A stretch of DNA of 64,000 nt. It comes from an uncultured Clostridium sp. GTDB lineage: Bacteria > Bacillota > Clostridia > Lachnospirales > Lachnospiraceae. Of this stretch, positions 35,900 through 46,503 are shown piece by piece. A program made the translations under genes and the position numbers. Every line of letters starts with the position of its first letter. Positions within the stretch are counted from its first letter, which is position 1. Location: assembly GCA_947575275.1 (NCBI GenBank), contig CANPMS010000007.1, forward strand, positions 12-64,011. Direction: 5' to 3'. The notes below the pieces were generated by a model, which worked only from the letters and a program-made list of their open reading frames with translations, made no database searches and was not told the DNA's origin.

Positions 35900-37135
35900 T
35901 TGTTGGAGATTAAGATAAATGAAGCGGAAAATGCTGCAAGAATCGTGGTAATCGGCGTGGGCGGCGCAGGAAATAATGCAGTCAACCGTATGATTGATGA
36001 GAATATCGCCGGCGTTGAATTTATTGGTATCAATACCGATAAGCAGGCGCTTCAGTTTTGTAAAGCGCCGACTGCCATGCAGATTGGCGAGAAGCTGACC
36101 AAGGGACTTGGAGCAGGCGCCAGACCTGATATTGGCCAGAAGGCTGCTGAGGAAAGCTCTGAGGAGCTGGCTCAGGCAATCAAAGGCGCTGATATGGTTT
36201 TCGTCACCTGTGGTATGGGCGGAGGTACGGGAACCGGCGCTGCTCCGGTTATTGCAAAGATTGCCAAGGATATGGGAATTCTTACGGTTGGCGTTGTGAC
36301 AAAACCGTTCCGCTTTGAGGCTAAGACCCGTATGAGCAATGCCCTTAGCGGGATTGAGAATCTTAAGGTCAGTGTAGATACTCTTATCGTAATTCCCAAT
36401 GATAAGCTTCTTGAGATTGTGGATCGTCGGACAACCATGCCGGATGCGTTAAAGAAGGCTGATGAGGTGCTTCAGCAGGCAGTGCAGGGGATTACCGATT
36501 TGATTAATGTTCCAGGTTTGATTAACCTGGATTTTGCAGATGTCCAGACGGTTATGACCGACAAGGGTATTGCCCATATCGGTATCGGACATGCAAAGGG
36601 AGACGAAAAAGCGGTGGAAGCGGTGAAGCAGGCAGTTGCAAGCCCGCTGCTTGAGACGACCATTGAGGGAGCAACTCACGTTATTATCAATATCTCCGGT
36701 GACATTAGCCTGATTGAAGCCAATGAGGCGGCAAGCTATGTTCAGGAGATGGCCGGTGACGATGCTAATATTATCTTTGGTGCGATGTTTGATGAGAATG
36801 CACAGGATGAAGCAACGATTACGGTGATTGCTACCGGTCTTGACACCCACGGCGCAAATACTCCGGTCAATAAGGCAATGGCCGGATTCAATAACTTTAA
36901 GCCTAAAATGACATCGGGTATCAACCTGGCTGCGTCCGGCGGAAATCACAGTGCAGCAGCAGCTGAGGCGAGTGTGACAGCTTCAAGGGCAGCAGCGTCT
37001 CAGGGCAGTGCCGACGGGGCGGCTTCTGGCGCCGCCTCCCAGCAGAATTCGACAACACCTGCGGCAGGAATGTTCCGTCCGCTGAACCGGGAGGCTCAAA
37101 TCAATATTCCTGATTTCTTAAAGAACAAGCGTTAA
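35900..37135 (+). CDS. ftsZ: Cell division GTPase FtsZ
   Basis: About 411 aa. TTG start 35900 (or 35903) 9 nt after [20 protein letters not shown] and [15 protein letters not shown] tubulin signatures. C-terminal IPDFLK peptide. Confidence 0.95.
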   Translation: MLEIKINEAENAARIVVIGVGGAGNNAVNRMIDENIAGVEFIGINTDKQALQFCKAPTAMQIGEKLTKGLGAGARPDIGQKAAEESSEELAQAIKGADMVFVTCGMGGGTGTGAAPVIAKIAKDMGILTVGVVTKPFRFEAKTRMSNALSGIENLKVSVDTLIVIPNDKLLEIVDRRTTMPDALKKADEVLQQAVQGITDLINVPGLINLDFADVQTVMTDKGIAHIGIGHAKGDEKAVEAVKQAVASPLLETTIEGATHVIINISGDISLIEANEAASYVQEMAGDDANIIFGAMFDENAQDEATITVIATGLDTHGANTPVNKAMAGFNNFKPKMTSGINLAASGGNHSAAAAEASVTASRAAASQGSADGAASGAASQQNSTTPAAGMFRPLNREAQINIPDFLKNKR

Positions 37136-37190
37136 CCCTGCTATGAGCATGCAGGCTTCTTAGAAATAACCTGATAGAAATGAAATGTAA

Positions 37191-37226
37191 GGGCAGAAAA
37201 CCAGACTGGTTTTCTGTCCTTTTTTG
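37191..37226 (+). terminator. Rho-independent terminator after ftsZ
   Basis: gggcagaaaacca (37191-37203) pairs with tggttttctgtcc (37207-37219) with one mismatch, then a T6 run. Confidence 0.75.
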
Positions 37227-37258
37227 TCATACAAAAAATGTGTAAAGTCCTCCCCTGT

Positions 37259-37291
37259 TTGACAAAATTTTTCCTTCAGTATTGGTATAAT
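37259..37291 (+). promoter_or_regulatory. spoIIG-type promoter with an over-long spacer and 0A-box-like elements
   Basis: TTGACA (37259-37264), 21-nt spacer, TATAAT (37286-37291). TTTGACA (37258-37264) is one mismatch from the reverse 0A box TTCGACA. TGTCATA at 37225-37231 resembles TGTCGAA. Confidence 0.55.
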
Positions 37292-37326
37292 CCTCCTTGA
37301 GAAATATTGGGAGGTGGTGCCTGCCT

Positions 37327-38121
37327 GTGACGGTGACGTTGTACCTGGATGTATATTTTGCCGTCAATATGTTGATGGATTTTCTTCTTTTGTATCTGGT
37401 AAAGCGTATATGGCGGCTGCCCGCAAGTCTTCTGCGGCTTCTTGCAGGGGCCGGAGCCGGAGCTTTTTGGTCGTGTGCGGCGATTTGGCTGTATGGTCTG
37501 CCTCCATGGGCAGAGTTGTTTGCCACCTGGCTGGCGGCAGGCGCTTTTATGGTGTTTGTTGCATTTGGACGGCAGGAAAAAAAACAGTTTATCCGCTGTC
37601 TTATTACTCTGTGGCTGGTAAGCGTGGCTGTCGGAGGCATATTTGCCGCTGTGGGAGAACGTGTTTTTGCCACGGGGCAGTGGACATTTGCAGCGTTTGG
37701 CTTTGGTGTGGCAGGATTGTTTTTTGTAGGTCGGACCGGGCTGGTTTTTTTTCGGGAATGTATGAGTATGCAGAACCGGATTTATGATGTGACGCTGTAT
37801 TACGAAGGGCGCACAAAGATGGTACGTGCCCTGCTGGATACGGGAAATCGTCTTTATGAACCATATGGCCATCAGCCGGTGCATGTGCTGACGGGCAGTG
37901 CGTGCAGAGGATTTTGCGAGCGGGCTCGCAAGGTAATTTACATACCATTTTGCTCTGTGGGGACAGAGCATGGAATTTTGCCGGGTATCCGCATGGATCG
38001 GATAGAGGTAAGGCGGGAAGGAAAACTGGTACGCGCATACGAGCAGCCGTGGGTTGCCATCAGCCGGGGACCACTGTCGCCCCGGCATCAATACGATATG
38101 CTTCTGCATGAAGAGCAGTAG
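37327..38121 (+). CDS. spoIIGA: Sigma-E processing peptidase SpoIIGA
   Basis: GTG 37327 lies 9 nt after GGGAGGTGG; the track start is TTG 37297. N-terminus YLDVYFAVNMLMDFLLLYL, five TM helices, aspartic protease motif LLDTGN. Confidence 0.9.
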   Translation: MTVTLYLDVYFAVNMLMDFLLLYLVKRIWRLPASLLRLLAGAGAGAFWSCAAIWLYGLPPWAELFATWLAAGAFMVFVAFGRQEKKQFIRCLITLWLVSVAVGGIFAAVGERVFATGQWTFAAFGFGVAGLFFVGRTGLVFFRECMSMQNRIYDVTLYYEGRTKMVRALLDTGNRLYEPYGHQPVHVLTGSACRGFCERARKVIYIPFCSVGTEHGILPGIRMDRIEVRREGKLVRAYEQPWVAISRGPLSPRHQYDMLLHEEQ

Positions 38122-38152
38122 ATTTTAGTGTGTAGACTTGGAGGACAAAATA

Positions 38153-38893
38153 ATGATAGTAAAGGTTTCCATACCAAACCGGTTTCAATTTAAGGCAGCA
38201 CCATCATTTACGACGATGCTGTGGCAGAAGCAGGGGGAAGTACATTATATTGGCGGGGCGGATATTCTGCCGCCGCCGCTGGAAGGAAAGAAGGAGGCGG
38301 AGCTGATTGCCCGGCTTGGCACGGAGGATGAGAAGGAGGCGCGATCGCTGCTGATTGAACATAACTTGCGGCTGGTGGTGTACATAGCCAAAAAATTTGA
38401 TAATACCTGCGTAGGGGTTGAGGATCTGATCTCTATTGGGACAATCGGGTTAATTAAGGCAATCAATACGTTTAACCCGGAAAAGAATATTAAGCTGGCC
38501 ACCTATGCTTCCAGATGTATTGAAAATGAGATTTTGATGTATTTGCGGCGCAACAATAAGACGCGTATGGAGGTTTCCATTGATGAGCCTCTTAATGTGG
38601 ACTGGGACGGCAATGAGCTTTTGTTGTCAGATATTCTCGGTACGGATGAGGATATTATTTACAGGGGGCTGGAGGACGAGACGGAAAAGGAATTGCTGAA
38701 ATCTGCCATTAGCCGCTTAAGTCCCAGGGAGCGTAAGATTGTGGAGCTGAGGTATGGACTAAAGGATGAGGAGGGGGTGGAGATGACTCAGAAAGAGGTG
38801 GCGGACTTGCTTGGAATCTCCCAATCATACATTTCCAGGCTGGAAAAGAAGATTATGAAACGGCTGAAAAAGGAAATCGTGCGGTTTGAGTAA
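38153..38893 (+). CDS. sigE: Sporulation sigma factor E precursor (pro-sigma-E)
   Basis: 246 aa from ATG 38153 after [21 protein letters not shown]...[16 protein letters not shown] closely parallels Bacillus SigE. Region 4 [20 protein letters not shown]. Confidence 0.95.
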   Translation: MIVKVSIPNRFQFKAAPSFTTMLWQKQGEVHYIGGADILPPPLEGKKEAELIARLGTEDEKEARSLLIEHNLRLVVYIAKKFDNTCVGVEDLISIGTIGLIKAINTFNPEKNIKLATYASRCIENEILMYLRRNNKTRMEVSIDEPLNVDWDGNELLLSDILGTDEDIIYRGLEDETEKELLKSAISRLSPRERKIVELRYGLKDEEGVEMTQKEVADLLGISQSYISRLEKKIMKRLKKEIVRFE

Positions 38894-39965
38894 TTCCATA
38901 GGCTTGATTTTTGGGAGTTTTTTGATGGCGCTGCTGCAAATCCGCTATCCGGCAGTGACCGCTGCAGAAACAGAGATAGAGTACGGACGAGACCCATCCT
39001 ATGATATTTATGAAAGATACAGGTATGCGTATGATACATACGGATACCTGTTTTTGTCTTCAAATGAGACAGGGGTTAGTGGAGGAGAGGATATAGGAAA
39101 CGTTATGGGAGGCGTGGCGGAAGGCGGGAATCCGGGAGCTGTTGGAGAAGCCGGGGGGATGGGAAGCCAGGGTCCGGGTGTAACCCAGATAACGGATCAG
39201 GTTCCGCTTCTGGCACAGCTTCAGGATTACGATTACATGATGAAGCACTTTTACAGCGTCCATGCCTCCACCACTGCAGGGCGTGATGTGATGAAGGCGG
39301 ATGTTCTTTTGGGAACGGATCTAAGAATTGTGAAGGATGCTTCAGTACCTCAGATTCTGATCTACCACACCCATTCCCAGGAGACCTATGCTGATTATGG
39401 ACCAAACAATCCGGGCGCTACGGTGGTGTCAGCCGGTGATTATCTCACACAGCTTCTCAGGGAAAAGGGATGGAATGTGATTCATAATACTGACACCTAT
39501 GATATTCAGGGCGGGGTTCTGGATCGGAATCGTGCATACACCTATGCTCTGGAGGGAATCACCCGGGTTCTCCAGGAGCATCCGACGATTCAGGTGGTTC
39601 TTGATTTGCACCGGGACGGGGTTCGTGAGGATCTCCGCCTTGTCACGGAGGTAAACGGGAAGCCTACGGCAAATATTATGTTTTTTCAGGGGATGAGCCG
39701 GACACCGGATGGGGAAATTGAATATCTGCCAAATCCTTATCTCAAGGAAAATTTAGCGTTTTCATTCCAGATGCAGCTTGCGGCAGCAGGGCGGTTTCCG
39801 GGATTCACACGGAAAATTTATTTAAAGGGACTGCGCTATAATCTCCATTTGCGTGCCCGCTCTGCCCTTGTTGAGGTGGGAGCGCAGACAAATACGTTTG
39901 AGGAGGCAAGGAATGCTATGGAGCCGTTGGCAGAACTTTTGGATATGGTGTTGCAAGGGGTCTGA
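38886..39965 (+). CDS. spoIIP: Stage II sporulation protein P (SpoIIP amidase/endopeptidase family)
   Basis: 359 aa. [12 protein letters not shown] signature and LDLHRDG. The TTG 38886 start overlaps the sigE stop by 8 nt and is needed to include the hydrophobic [15 protein letters not shown] segment; ATG 38925 is an alternative. Confidence 0.8.
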   Translation: MSNSIGLIFGSFLMALLQIRYPAVTAAETEIEYGRDPSYDIYERYRYAYDTYGYLFLSSNETGVSGGEDIGNVMGGVAEGGNPGAVGEAGGMGSQGPGVTQITDQVPLLAQLQDYDYMMKHFYSVHASTTAGRDVMKADVLLGTDLRIVKDASVPQILIYHTHSQETYADYGPNNPGATVVSAGDYLTQLLREKGWNVIHNTDTYDIQGGVLDRNRAYTYALEGITRVLQEHPTIQVVLDLHRDGVREDLRLVTEVNGKPTANIMFFQGMSRTPDGEIEYLPNPYLKENLAFSFQMQLAAAGRFPGFTRKIYLKGLRYNLHLRARSALVEVGAQTNTFEEARNAMEPLAELLDMVLQGV

Positions 39966-40018
39966 AAAAATGGTATCATATCATATTGTCAATATATTGC
40001 ATGAGAGGAAATGAATTG

Positions 40019-41833
40019 ATGGCAGGAATGGACCAGAGCAAGATACGGAATTTTTGTATTATTGCACATATCGACCATGGCAAGTCTACGCTGGCAGACC
40101 GGATTATTGAGATGACGGGGCTTTTAACCAGCCGGGAGATGCAGTCACAGGTATTGGACAATATGGATTTGGAGCGGGAGCGGGGAATCACCATTAAATC
40201 CCAGGCGGTGCGGACCGTTTACCGTGCCAAGGATGGAGAGGAATATATATTTAACCTGATTGATACTCCCGGTCACGTGGATTTTAACTACGAGGTTTCC
40301 AGAAGCCTGGCAGCCTGTGACGGCGCAATCCTGGTGGTAGATGCGGCTCAGGGAATCGAGGCACAGACACTGGCAAACGTCTATCTGGCTCTGGATCACG
40401 ATCTGGACGTAGTTCCCGTTATAAATAAAATTGATCTGCCCAGCGCCCGGCCGGATTGGGTGGCCGACGAGATTGAGGATGTAATTGGAATAGAGGCTCA
40501 CGATGCTCCGCGGATTTCTGCGAAGACAGGGCTTAATGTGGAGGAGGTTCTAGAGGCAATCGTCCACAAAATCCCGGCTCCCGGCGGGGACGCGAAAGAG
40601 CCTTTGAAGGCGCTGATTTTTGATTCTTTGTATGATCCGTATAAGGGAGTTATTGTGTTTTGCCGGGTTAAGGAGGGTACTGTGCAGAAGGGCACCCGTA
40701 TCCGTATGATGGCCACGGGCGCGGAGGAGGATGTGGTGGAGGTCGGCTACTTCGGCGCAGGGCAGTTTATTCCCTGCGAGTCCTTGAGTGCAGGAATGGT
40801 AGGCTATATTACCGCCAGTATCAAAAATGTGAAGGACACCCGGGTGGGAGATACGATTACCGATGCAAAGCGTCCTTGTGACAGTCCGCTTCCCGGTTAT
40901 AAGAAGGTTACTTCCATGGTATATTGCGGTCTGTATCCGGCGGATGGGGCCAAGTACAACGATTTGCGGGATGCCCTGGAGAAACTCAGGCTTAATGATG
41001 CTTCTCTGTTCTTTGAGCCTGAGACTTCCATTGCGCTGGGATTTGGCTTCCGATGTGGTTTTTTAGGACTCCTCCATCTGGAGATTATTCAGGAGCGTCT
41101 GGAGAGGGAGTATAATCTTGATTTGGTTACTACCGCGCCTGGCGTTGTCTACCGGGTATACAAGAAAAATGGTGATATGATAGAACTGACAAACCCCTCC
41201 AACCTGCCGGATCCCACGGAGATTGACTATATGGAGGAGCCGATTGTCAGTGCGGAGATTATGGTGACCACGGAGTTTGTAGGCGCAATCATGAGCCTGT
41301 GCCAGGAGCGGCGCGGAGTTTACAATGGCATGGAATATATCGAGGAGACCCGTGCGCTTTTGAAATATGATCTGCCGTTAAATGAGATAATTTATGATTT
41401 TTTTGATGCGCTGAAATCCAGATCCCGCGGTTATGCCTCCTTCGATTATGATATGAAAGGGTATGAGCTGTCGGAGCTTGTGAAGCTGGATATTCTGATT
41501 AACCGTGAGGAGGTAGATGCGCTTTCCTTTATCGTTCATGCGGATTCTGCCTATGAGCGGGGACGCAGGATGTGTGAGAAGTTGAAAGAGGAAATCCCCC
41601 GTCATTTATTTGAAATTCCGATTCAGGCAGCGGTGGGGGGAAAGATTATTGCCCGTGAGACCGTCAAGGCGATGCGCAAAGACGTGCTGGCCAAGTGCTA
41701 TGGCGGCGATATTACCCGAAAGAAGAAGCTTTTAGAGAAACAGAAGGAAGGAAAGAAGCGAATGCGTCAGGTGGGGAGTGTGGAAATTCCGCAGAAAGCG
41801 TTTATGAGCGTGCTGAAGCTGGATGATGAATAA
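40019..41833 (+). CDS. lepA: Elongation factor 4 (LepA)
   Basis: 604 aa from ATG 40019. [30 protein letters not shown] GTPase motifs and the LepA C-terminal domain. Confidence 0.95.
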   Translation: MAGMDQSKIRNFCIIAHIDHGKSTLADRIIEMTGLLTSREMQSQVLDNMDLERERGITIKSQAVRTVYRAKDGEEYIFNLIDTPGHVDFNYEVSRSLAACDGAILVVDAAQGIEAQTLANVYLALDHDLDVVPVINKIDLPSARPDWVADEIEDVIGIEAHDAPRISAKTGLNVEEVLEAIVHKIPAPGGDAKEPLKALIFDSLYDPYKGVIVFCRVKEGTVQKGTRIRMMATGAEEDVVEVGYFGAGQFIPCESLSAGMVGYITASIKNVKDTRVGDTITDAKRPCDSPLPGYKKVTSMVYCGLYPADGAKYNDLRDALEKLRLNDASLFFEPETSIALGFGFRCGFLGLLHLEIIQERLEREYNLDLVTTAPGVVYRVYKKNGDMIELTNPSNLPDPTEIDYMEEPIVSAEIMVTTEFVGAIMSLCQERRGVYNGMEYIEETRALLKYDLPLNEIIYDFFDALKSRSRGYASFDYDMKGYELSELVKLDILINREEVDALSFIVHADSAYERGRRMCEKLKEEIPRHLFEIPIQAAVGGKIIARETVKAMRKDVLAKCYGGDITRKKKLLEKQKEGKKRMRQVGSVEIPQKAFMSVLKLDDE

Positions 41834-43046
41834 ACGGGAGCTGGAGCTGTATGTCCATATTCCATTTTGTGCCAGCAAGTGTGCTTATTGTGATTTTTTG
41901 TCGTTTGCAGCTCCGGAACAGATGTATCGGAAGTATATGGACAAGCTGATTGAAGAAATTTACGGTCAGAGTGCGGCATTTTCGAAGTATCGTGTGACCA
42001 CAGTCTTTGTGGGCGGCGGCACCCCTTCTATTCTGCCTCCATATTTGATGGAGAAGATGTTTGAAGCTCTGTTCTTGTGCTTTGACATTGCAGAGGGTGC
42101 GGAGATTACTGTGGAGGCAAATCCGGGGACTCTCACTGCAGAGAAATTGAAGGCTTATCGCGCAGGCGGCGTCAATCGTTTGAGTTTGGGGCTGCAGTCG
42201 GCTGATGATAAAGAACTTAAGTACCTGGGACGTATTCACTCCTATGATGAGTTTTTAAAGAGCTATCAGCGGGCAAGGCAGGAAGGCTTTTCCAACATCA
42301 ATGTGGATCTGATGAGTGCACTTCCGGGGCAGAGTGTCCATTCCTGGAAGACCACTCTCAAGAAGGTGATGATGCTGAAACCTGAGCATATCTCCGCATA
42401 CAGCCTGATGATTGAGGAGGGAACGCCATTTTATAAGCGCTTTGGAATGCAGAACGGGACAGGCGCACAGAATGAGGCAGAGCCTATAAATGCTGAGAAC
42501 TCAGATTTGGCATCGCTTATGGCTTTGCCGGACTTGCCGGACGAGGGCACGGATCGGGAAATGTACCATGTGACGAAGGAAATGATGGCAGCGCAGGGGC
42601 TGGAACGGTATGAGATTTCCAACTATGCGAAGCCGGGGTTTGCGTGCCGTCATAATATTGGCTATTGGACCGGAGTGGAGTATTTGGGTCTTGGTCTGGG
42701 CGCCTCCTCTTATACCTGCGGTTACCGCTATTGCAATACGGATGACTTGCAGGAGTATCTGTCACTGAACCTTTATCAATCAGGTGAGGCGGCGCGGGAA
42801 ATCCATGAGCTTTCCCTGGAGGAGCGGATGGAGGAGTTTATGTTTCTGGGGCTTCGGATGATGAGGGGCGTGTCAGGCAGCCGTTTTATTGAGCGGTTCG
42901 GCCGGAATATGTGGAATGTATATGGGAGTGTGTTCCTGAAGCTGGAGCGGCAGGGACTTATCGAGGTGGAGGCTCCTGTGGTTCGCCTTACGGAGCGGGG
43001 AATTGATGTGAGTAATCTGGTATTGAGTGAATTTCTGCTGACTTAG
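41823..43046 (+). CDS. hemW: Radical SAM heme chaperone HemW (HemN-like)
   Basis: 407 aa. [16 protein letters not shown] CxxxCxxC motif. 11-nt overlap with lepA, a conserved pairing. Confidence 0.85.
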   Translation: MMNKRELELYVHIPFCASKCAYCDFLSFAAPEQMYRKYMDKLIEEIYGQSAAFSKYRVTTVFVGGGTPSILPPYLMEKMFEALFLCFDIAEGAEITVEANPGTLTAEKLKAYRAGGVNRLSLGLQSADDKELKYLGRIHSYDEFLKSYQRARQEGFSNINVDLMSALPGQSVHSWKTTLKKVMMLKPEHISAYSLMIEEGTPFYKRFGMQNGTGAQNEAEPINAENSDLASLMALPDLPDEGTDREMYHVTKEMMAAQGLERYEISNYAKPGFACRHNIGYWTGVEYLGLGLGASSYTCGYRYCNTDDLQEYLSLNLYQSGEAAREIHELSLEERMEEFMFLGLRMMRGVSGSRFIERFGRNMWNVYGSVFLKLERQGLIEVEAPVVRLTERGIDVSNLVLSEFLLT

Positions 43047-43173
43047 GGTAACAGGAAAAGCTTTGGAAAATTTAAGATTGTAAGGTTGTCCTTTTTCCCA
43101 TCCTTTGATATACTATCCATAAATGGAAAGTATTACAAAGGATATGCTATATCATTAGATACCGGGAGAAGAG

Positions 43174-44430
43174 ATGATTAGAAGAAAAGATAAAAAATTA
43201 TGGATAATAAGAAGAGTCTGCTGCCTGCTGCTTGCAGGGGCTGTGGTTTTAGGTGGTAAGCCTGTAAGCGTTCTTGCTGAGCCTGCGGTGAATGCGTCAG
43301 TACCTTCAGATGAGCTGCGGGGGGTATGGATTTCCTATCTGGACTGGGAGAAGCTGCCGGCGGATGAGCCGGGGTTTCAGCGAGAGGTAGATAAGATATT
43401 ACAGAGATGTGCAGATCTTAAAATGAATGCGGTGTTTGTTCATGTACGCGCTGATTCAGATGCGATGTATCCGTCCTCTTACTATCCCTGGTCCCGGTTT
43501 ATTACCGGGACTCAGGGGCAGGATCCGGGGTTCGACCCGCTGGAGTATTTTGTGGAGGCGGCGCACGCGCGTGGGCTGCAATTTCATGCCTGGATTAATC
43601 CTTATCGCGTCACAGGCTACCTTAATACCTGGGAGCAGGTGTGTGATCAGAGTCCTGCGAAGAAGTGGCTGAGTGATGATAATGCTGCCAATGACAGATG
43701 GGTTTTAAAGCAAAATGGCGCCTACTACTTAAACCCGGCGGTTCCGGAGGTGAGGCAGCTAATTATAGACGGAGTGTGTGAGGTAGTTGACAAGTACCCG
43801 GTAGACGGGATTCATTTTGACGATTATTTCTATCCTGAGGTGGATAACAATAACCCCAATCGTTGGTTTGATAAGCCGGAATACGATGGGGCTGGCAGCC
43901 GTCTCAGTATCACTGAATGGAGGCGTGACAATATTAATCAGCTGGTGCGCGGTGTTTATCATGCGGTGAAGGAAAGAAGACCGTTGGTGCAGTTTGGTAT
44001 CAGCCCGGAGGGCTATGTAGCTCATCTGCGCAGTGATACCAGATTATTCGTAGATGTGGATACATGGCTCTCCAATGACGGCTATATCGATTATATTATG
44101 CCCCAGATTTACTGGGGGTTTGAGCATAAACTCTCGGACGGAAGTCCGGCGCCCTTCGCGTTTTCCAATAACTTAAATACGTGGCTGAGCTTGAAGGAAA
44201 AAGGGAATGTAAGGCTTTATCTGGGACTGGCCATGTACAAGACCGGATCCAACTCCCGGGACAATAACCAGATACCGGAGTGGCTGCGCAGAGATGACAT
44301 TATGAAACGGCAGGTGGAGTCAGGGCGTGCCACGGGACAGGTATCCGGTTACTGCTTCTATGCGTACAGCTCTTTTCAGGAGGAAGCGTGCCAGAGAGAA
44401 GTGGAAAATTTGTTGTCGGTATTTCAGTAA
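43174..44430 (+). CDS. Secreted glycoside-hydrolase-like family 10 (GHL10/UPF0748, YngK-like) protein
   Basis: 418 aa. Signal peptide with basic n-region and h-region CCLLLAGAVVLGG. LRGVWISY start of the TIM-barrel-like domain, DGIHFDDYFYP motif. Confidence 0.7.
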   Translation: MIRRKDKKLWIIRRVCCLLLAGAVVLGGKPVSVLAEPAVNASVPSDELRGVWISYLDWEKLPADEPGFQREVDKILQRCADLKMNAVFVHVRADSDAMYPSSYYPWSRFITGTQGQDPGFDPLEYFVEAAHARGLQFHAWINPYRVTGYLNTWEQVCDQSPAKKWLSDDNAANDRWVLKQNGAYYLNPAVPEVRQLIIDGVCEVVDKYPVDGIHFDDYFYPEVDNNNPNRWFDKPEYDGAGSRLSITEWRRDNINQLVRGVYHAVKERRPLVQFGISPEGYVAHLRSDTRLFVDVDTWLSNDGYIDYIMPQIYWGFEHKLSDGSPAPFAFSNNLNTWLSLKEKGNVRLYLGLAMYKTGSNSRDNNQIPEWLRRDDIMKRQVESGRATGQVSGYCFYAYSSFQEEACQREVENLLSVFQ

Positions 44431-44472
44431 TTAAGACTGTAAGAAACTATATAGGAAATAAGGAGAATGGCA

Positions 44473-44997
44473 ATGAAACAATTAGCAGATTATGTATTGA
44501 GTATTCCGGATTTTCCTGAGCCGGGCATTATCTTCCGTGATGTGACCTCTATCCTCCAGGATGCGGATGGATTGGCGCTGGCAGTGGATTCTCTGAGGGA
44601 TATGGTGAAGGATTTGGATTTTGATGTGATAGTGGGACCGGAGTCCAGAGGCTTCATTTTCGGAGTTCCAGTGGCGTATGCTGAGCACAAAAGTTTTGTT
44701 CCGGTTCGCAAAAAGGGCAAGCTGCCCCGTGAAACCATCTTTGCAAAGTATGATTTGGAATATGGATCAGCGGAGATTGAGATTCATAAGGATGCGATTA
44801 AGCCGGGGCAGAGGGTGGTTATTGTGGATGATTTAATGGCCACCGGAGGCACCGTGAAGGCGATGATTAAGCTGATTGAGCAGCTGGGCGGAGAAGTGGT
44901 GAAAATTTGCTTTGTCATGGAGCTGGAAGGACTGAAAGGGCGTGATCACCTGAAAGGCTATGATGTGGAGACCGCAATCGTGTATGGGGGAAAGTAA
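44473..44997 (+). CDS. apt: Adenine phosphoribosyltransferase
   Basis: ATG 44473 has better RBS spacing than 44467. FPEPGIIFRDVT and PRPP motif VVIVDDLMATGGT. Confidence 0.95.
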   Translation: MKQLADYVLSIPDFPEPGIIFRDVTSILQDADGLALAVDSLRDMVKDLDFDVIVGPESRGFIFGVPVAYAEHKSFVPVRKKGKLPRETIFAKYDLEYGSAEIEIHKDAIKPGQRVVIVDDLMATGGTVKAMIKLIEQLGGEVVKICFVMELEGLKGRDHLKGYDVETAIVYGGK

Positions 44998-45088
44998 GAG
45001 TATACAGTGAAAATCAGGGCGGACGTGACCGGGCAGCCGGCGGTACCGCTCTTTTAGCGCGGAAGCTGGGCAAACGGAGGAGAATTAC

Positions 45089-45814
45089 ATGGCGAAAAAA
45101 ACAATTCAGGTTATCAGCGATGGAGAAAGGGGACGGGCGGGAATATTTTATGGAATCGGTGTGGGACCCGGGGACCCGGAGCTTCTTACGTTGAAGGCAG
45201 TGCGGGTGATGGAAGAATGCGATGTGCTGGCAGTGCCGGGCAAGGATGTGAAGGACAGTATTGCTTATCAAATTGCAATCCGCGCTGTTCCAAAGCTGGA
45301 GAACAAATCCTGGTTTTCTGTTCCCATGCCTATGACGCGGGATGATAAGTGCCTGCGGGAGAGTCATGAGCAGGCTGCAGATCAGATGATAGAGTATTTA
45401 AAAAGCGGGCAGGACGTAGGGTTTGTAAACCTGGGGGATGTGGCTGTGTATGCCACATTTCTTTATCTGCATGATCTGATTTTGAAAAAGGGCTTTTCTA
45501 CCCGGCTGGTAAACGGCGTTCCGTCCTTTTGCGCCGCGGCATCGGCCTTGAATGCGGGACTTGTGCTGGGAAAAGAGCAGCTTCATCTTCTGTCCTCACC
45601 GGAGCAGTTGGAAGAAGGGCTGAAGCTTCCGGGAACCAAGGTTATTATGAAGCCGGGTAAAAGTTTTGAAAAGGTAAAACATCAGATTCTGGATTCTGGT
45701 TATGATGCCATGGTGGTGGAAAACTGTGGGCTTCCGGGAGAGAAAATCTGCCGTTCTCTGCGGGATTGGGATGGTGCAGCGGGATATTACTGCCTGTTGA
45801 TTGTGAAAGATTAA
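45089..45814 (+). CDS. cbiL: Cobalt-precorrin-2 C20-methyltransferase (CbiL/CobI)
   Basis: 241 aa. Tetrapyrrole methylase start FYGIGVGPGDPELLTLKAV. Length and sequence are of CbiL type. Confidence 0.8.
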   Translation: MAKKTIQVISDGERGRAGIFYGIGVGPGDPELLTLKAVRVMEECDVLAVPGKDVKDSIAYQIAIRAVPKLENKSWFSVPMPMTRDDKCLRESHEQAADQMIEYLKSGQDVGFVNLGDVAVYATFLYLHDLILKKGFSTRLVNGVPSFCAAASALNAGLVLGKEQLHLLSSPEQLEEGLKLPGTKVIMKPGKSFEKVKHQILDSGYDAMVVENCGLPGEKICRSLRDWDGAAGYYCLLIVKD

Positions 45815-45888
45815 TATGCGCCGCCCGCCTGCCGAAGCAGGGGGCGCCGGAACATGCTGGATGGATGTCCCGGCAGCCCAGGGAGCGC

Positions 45889-46503
45889 TCAGCAGGGCTT
45901 TGAAACCGGCGTATGGGGGCTGCGTATGACCGGCTGAATCTGTTTGTATTCAAGAGCGCAGGCGATGGTTTCCGGCAGAAGTTCTGTGAAAGCTGTCATG
46001 GAATTGGGTTTTGCCTGATAATCATCCTGGCCGAAGGGAACAAAATAGATGTTTTTGGTATTCAGGAGGATTCCGATGTTTTTCAGGTTCATGCCCAGGG
46101 CATCGTTGGTGGAAAGGGAGAGCACCAGAGGCTTGTTATTGCGCAGGTGGGATTTGGCAGCCATCAGCACCGGCGTATCGGAAATCCCATTGGCCAGTTT
46201 GGACAGGGTATTTCCGGTACAGGGGGCAATAACAAGAATATCCATCAATCCTTTTGGACCGATAGGTTCTGCCCCCGGAATGGTGGTAATCGGATCTTTT
46301 CCGGTGAGGTTTTTTGCCCGTTCCAGAAAAGAAGCGCTGTCACCGAATCTGGAATCCAGGTGAGAGGCGTTCTGGGAAAATACCGGAATCAGGTTGGCGC
46401 CTGTTTTTTTTAATTCTTCCAGTGCGGCAAATATTTTTTCATAGGTGCAAAAAGAACCGGTAAAACCGATGCCGATGGATTTATTGTGAAAATCATAAGA
46501 CAT
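45889..46503 (-). CDS. dpaB: Dipicolinate synthase subunit B (SpoVFB)
   Basis: 204 aa. Colinear by eye with Bacillus DpaB: GFTGSFCTY, IAPCTGNTLSKLANGISDTPVLMAAK, LSTNDALG, FVPFGQDD...KPNSM. Confidence 0.9.
   Translation of the reverse strand: MSYDFHNKSIGIGFTGSFCTYEKIFAALEELKKTGANLIPVFSQNASHLDSRFGDSASFLERAKNLTGKDPITTIPGAEPIGPKGLMDILVIAPCTGNTLSKLANGISDTPVLMAAKSHLRNNKPLVLSLSTNDALGMNLKNIGILLNTKNIYFVPFGQDDYQAKPNSMTAFTELLPETIACALEYKQIQPVIRSPHTPVSKPC

Noticed and set aside
37276-38109. 277-aa minus-strand ORF opposite spoIIGA
   Set aside because: Shadow ORF. The plus-strand frame has SpoIIGA TM helices and the DTG protease motif.
44998-45088. Cobalamin riboswitch expected upstream of cbiL (47366-47457 upstream of cbiH was also checked)
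   Set aside because: The leaders are only about 90 nt, and I could not find the B12-box or the conserved core. Without a covariance-model scan this is a negative by eye only.
45815-45888. GC-rich imperfect hairpin (gccgcccgcctgc...gcagggggcgccgg) between convergent cbiL and dpaB as a terminator
   Set aside because: The pairing is imperfect and there is no U-tract on either strand. That is too weak to call.
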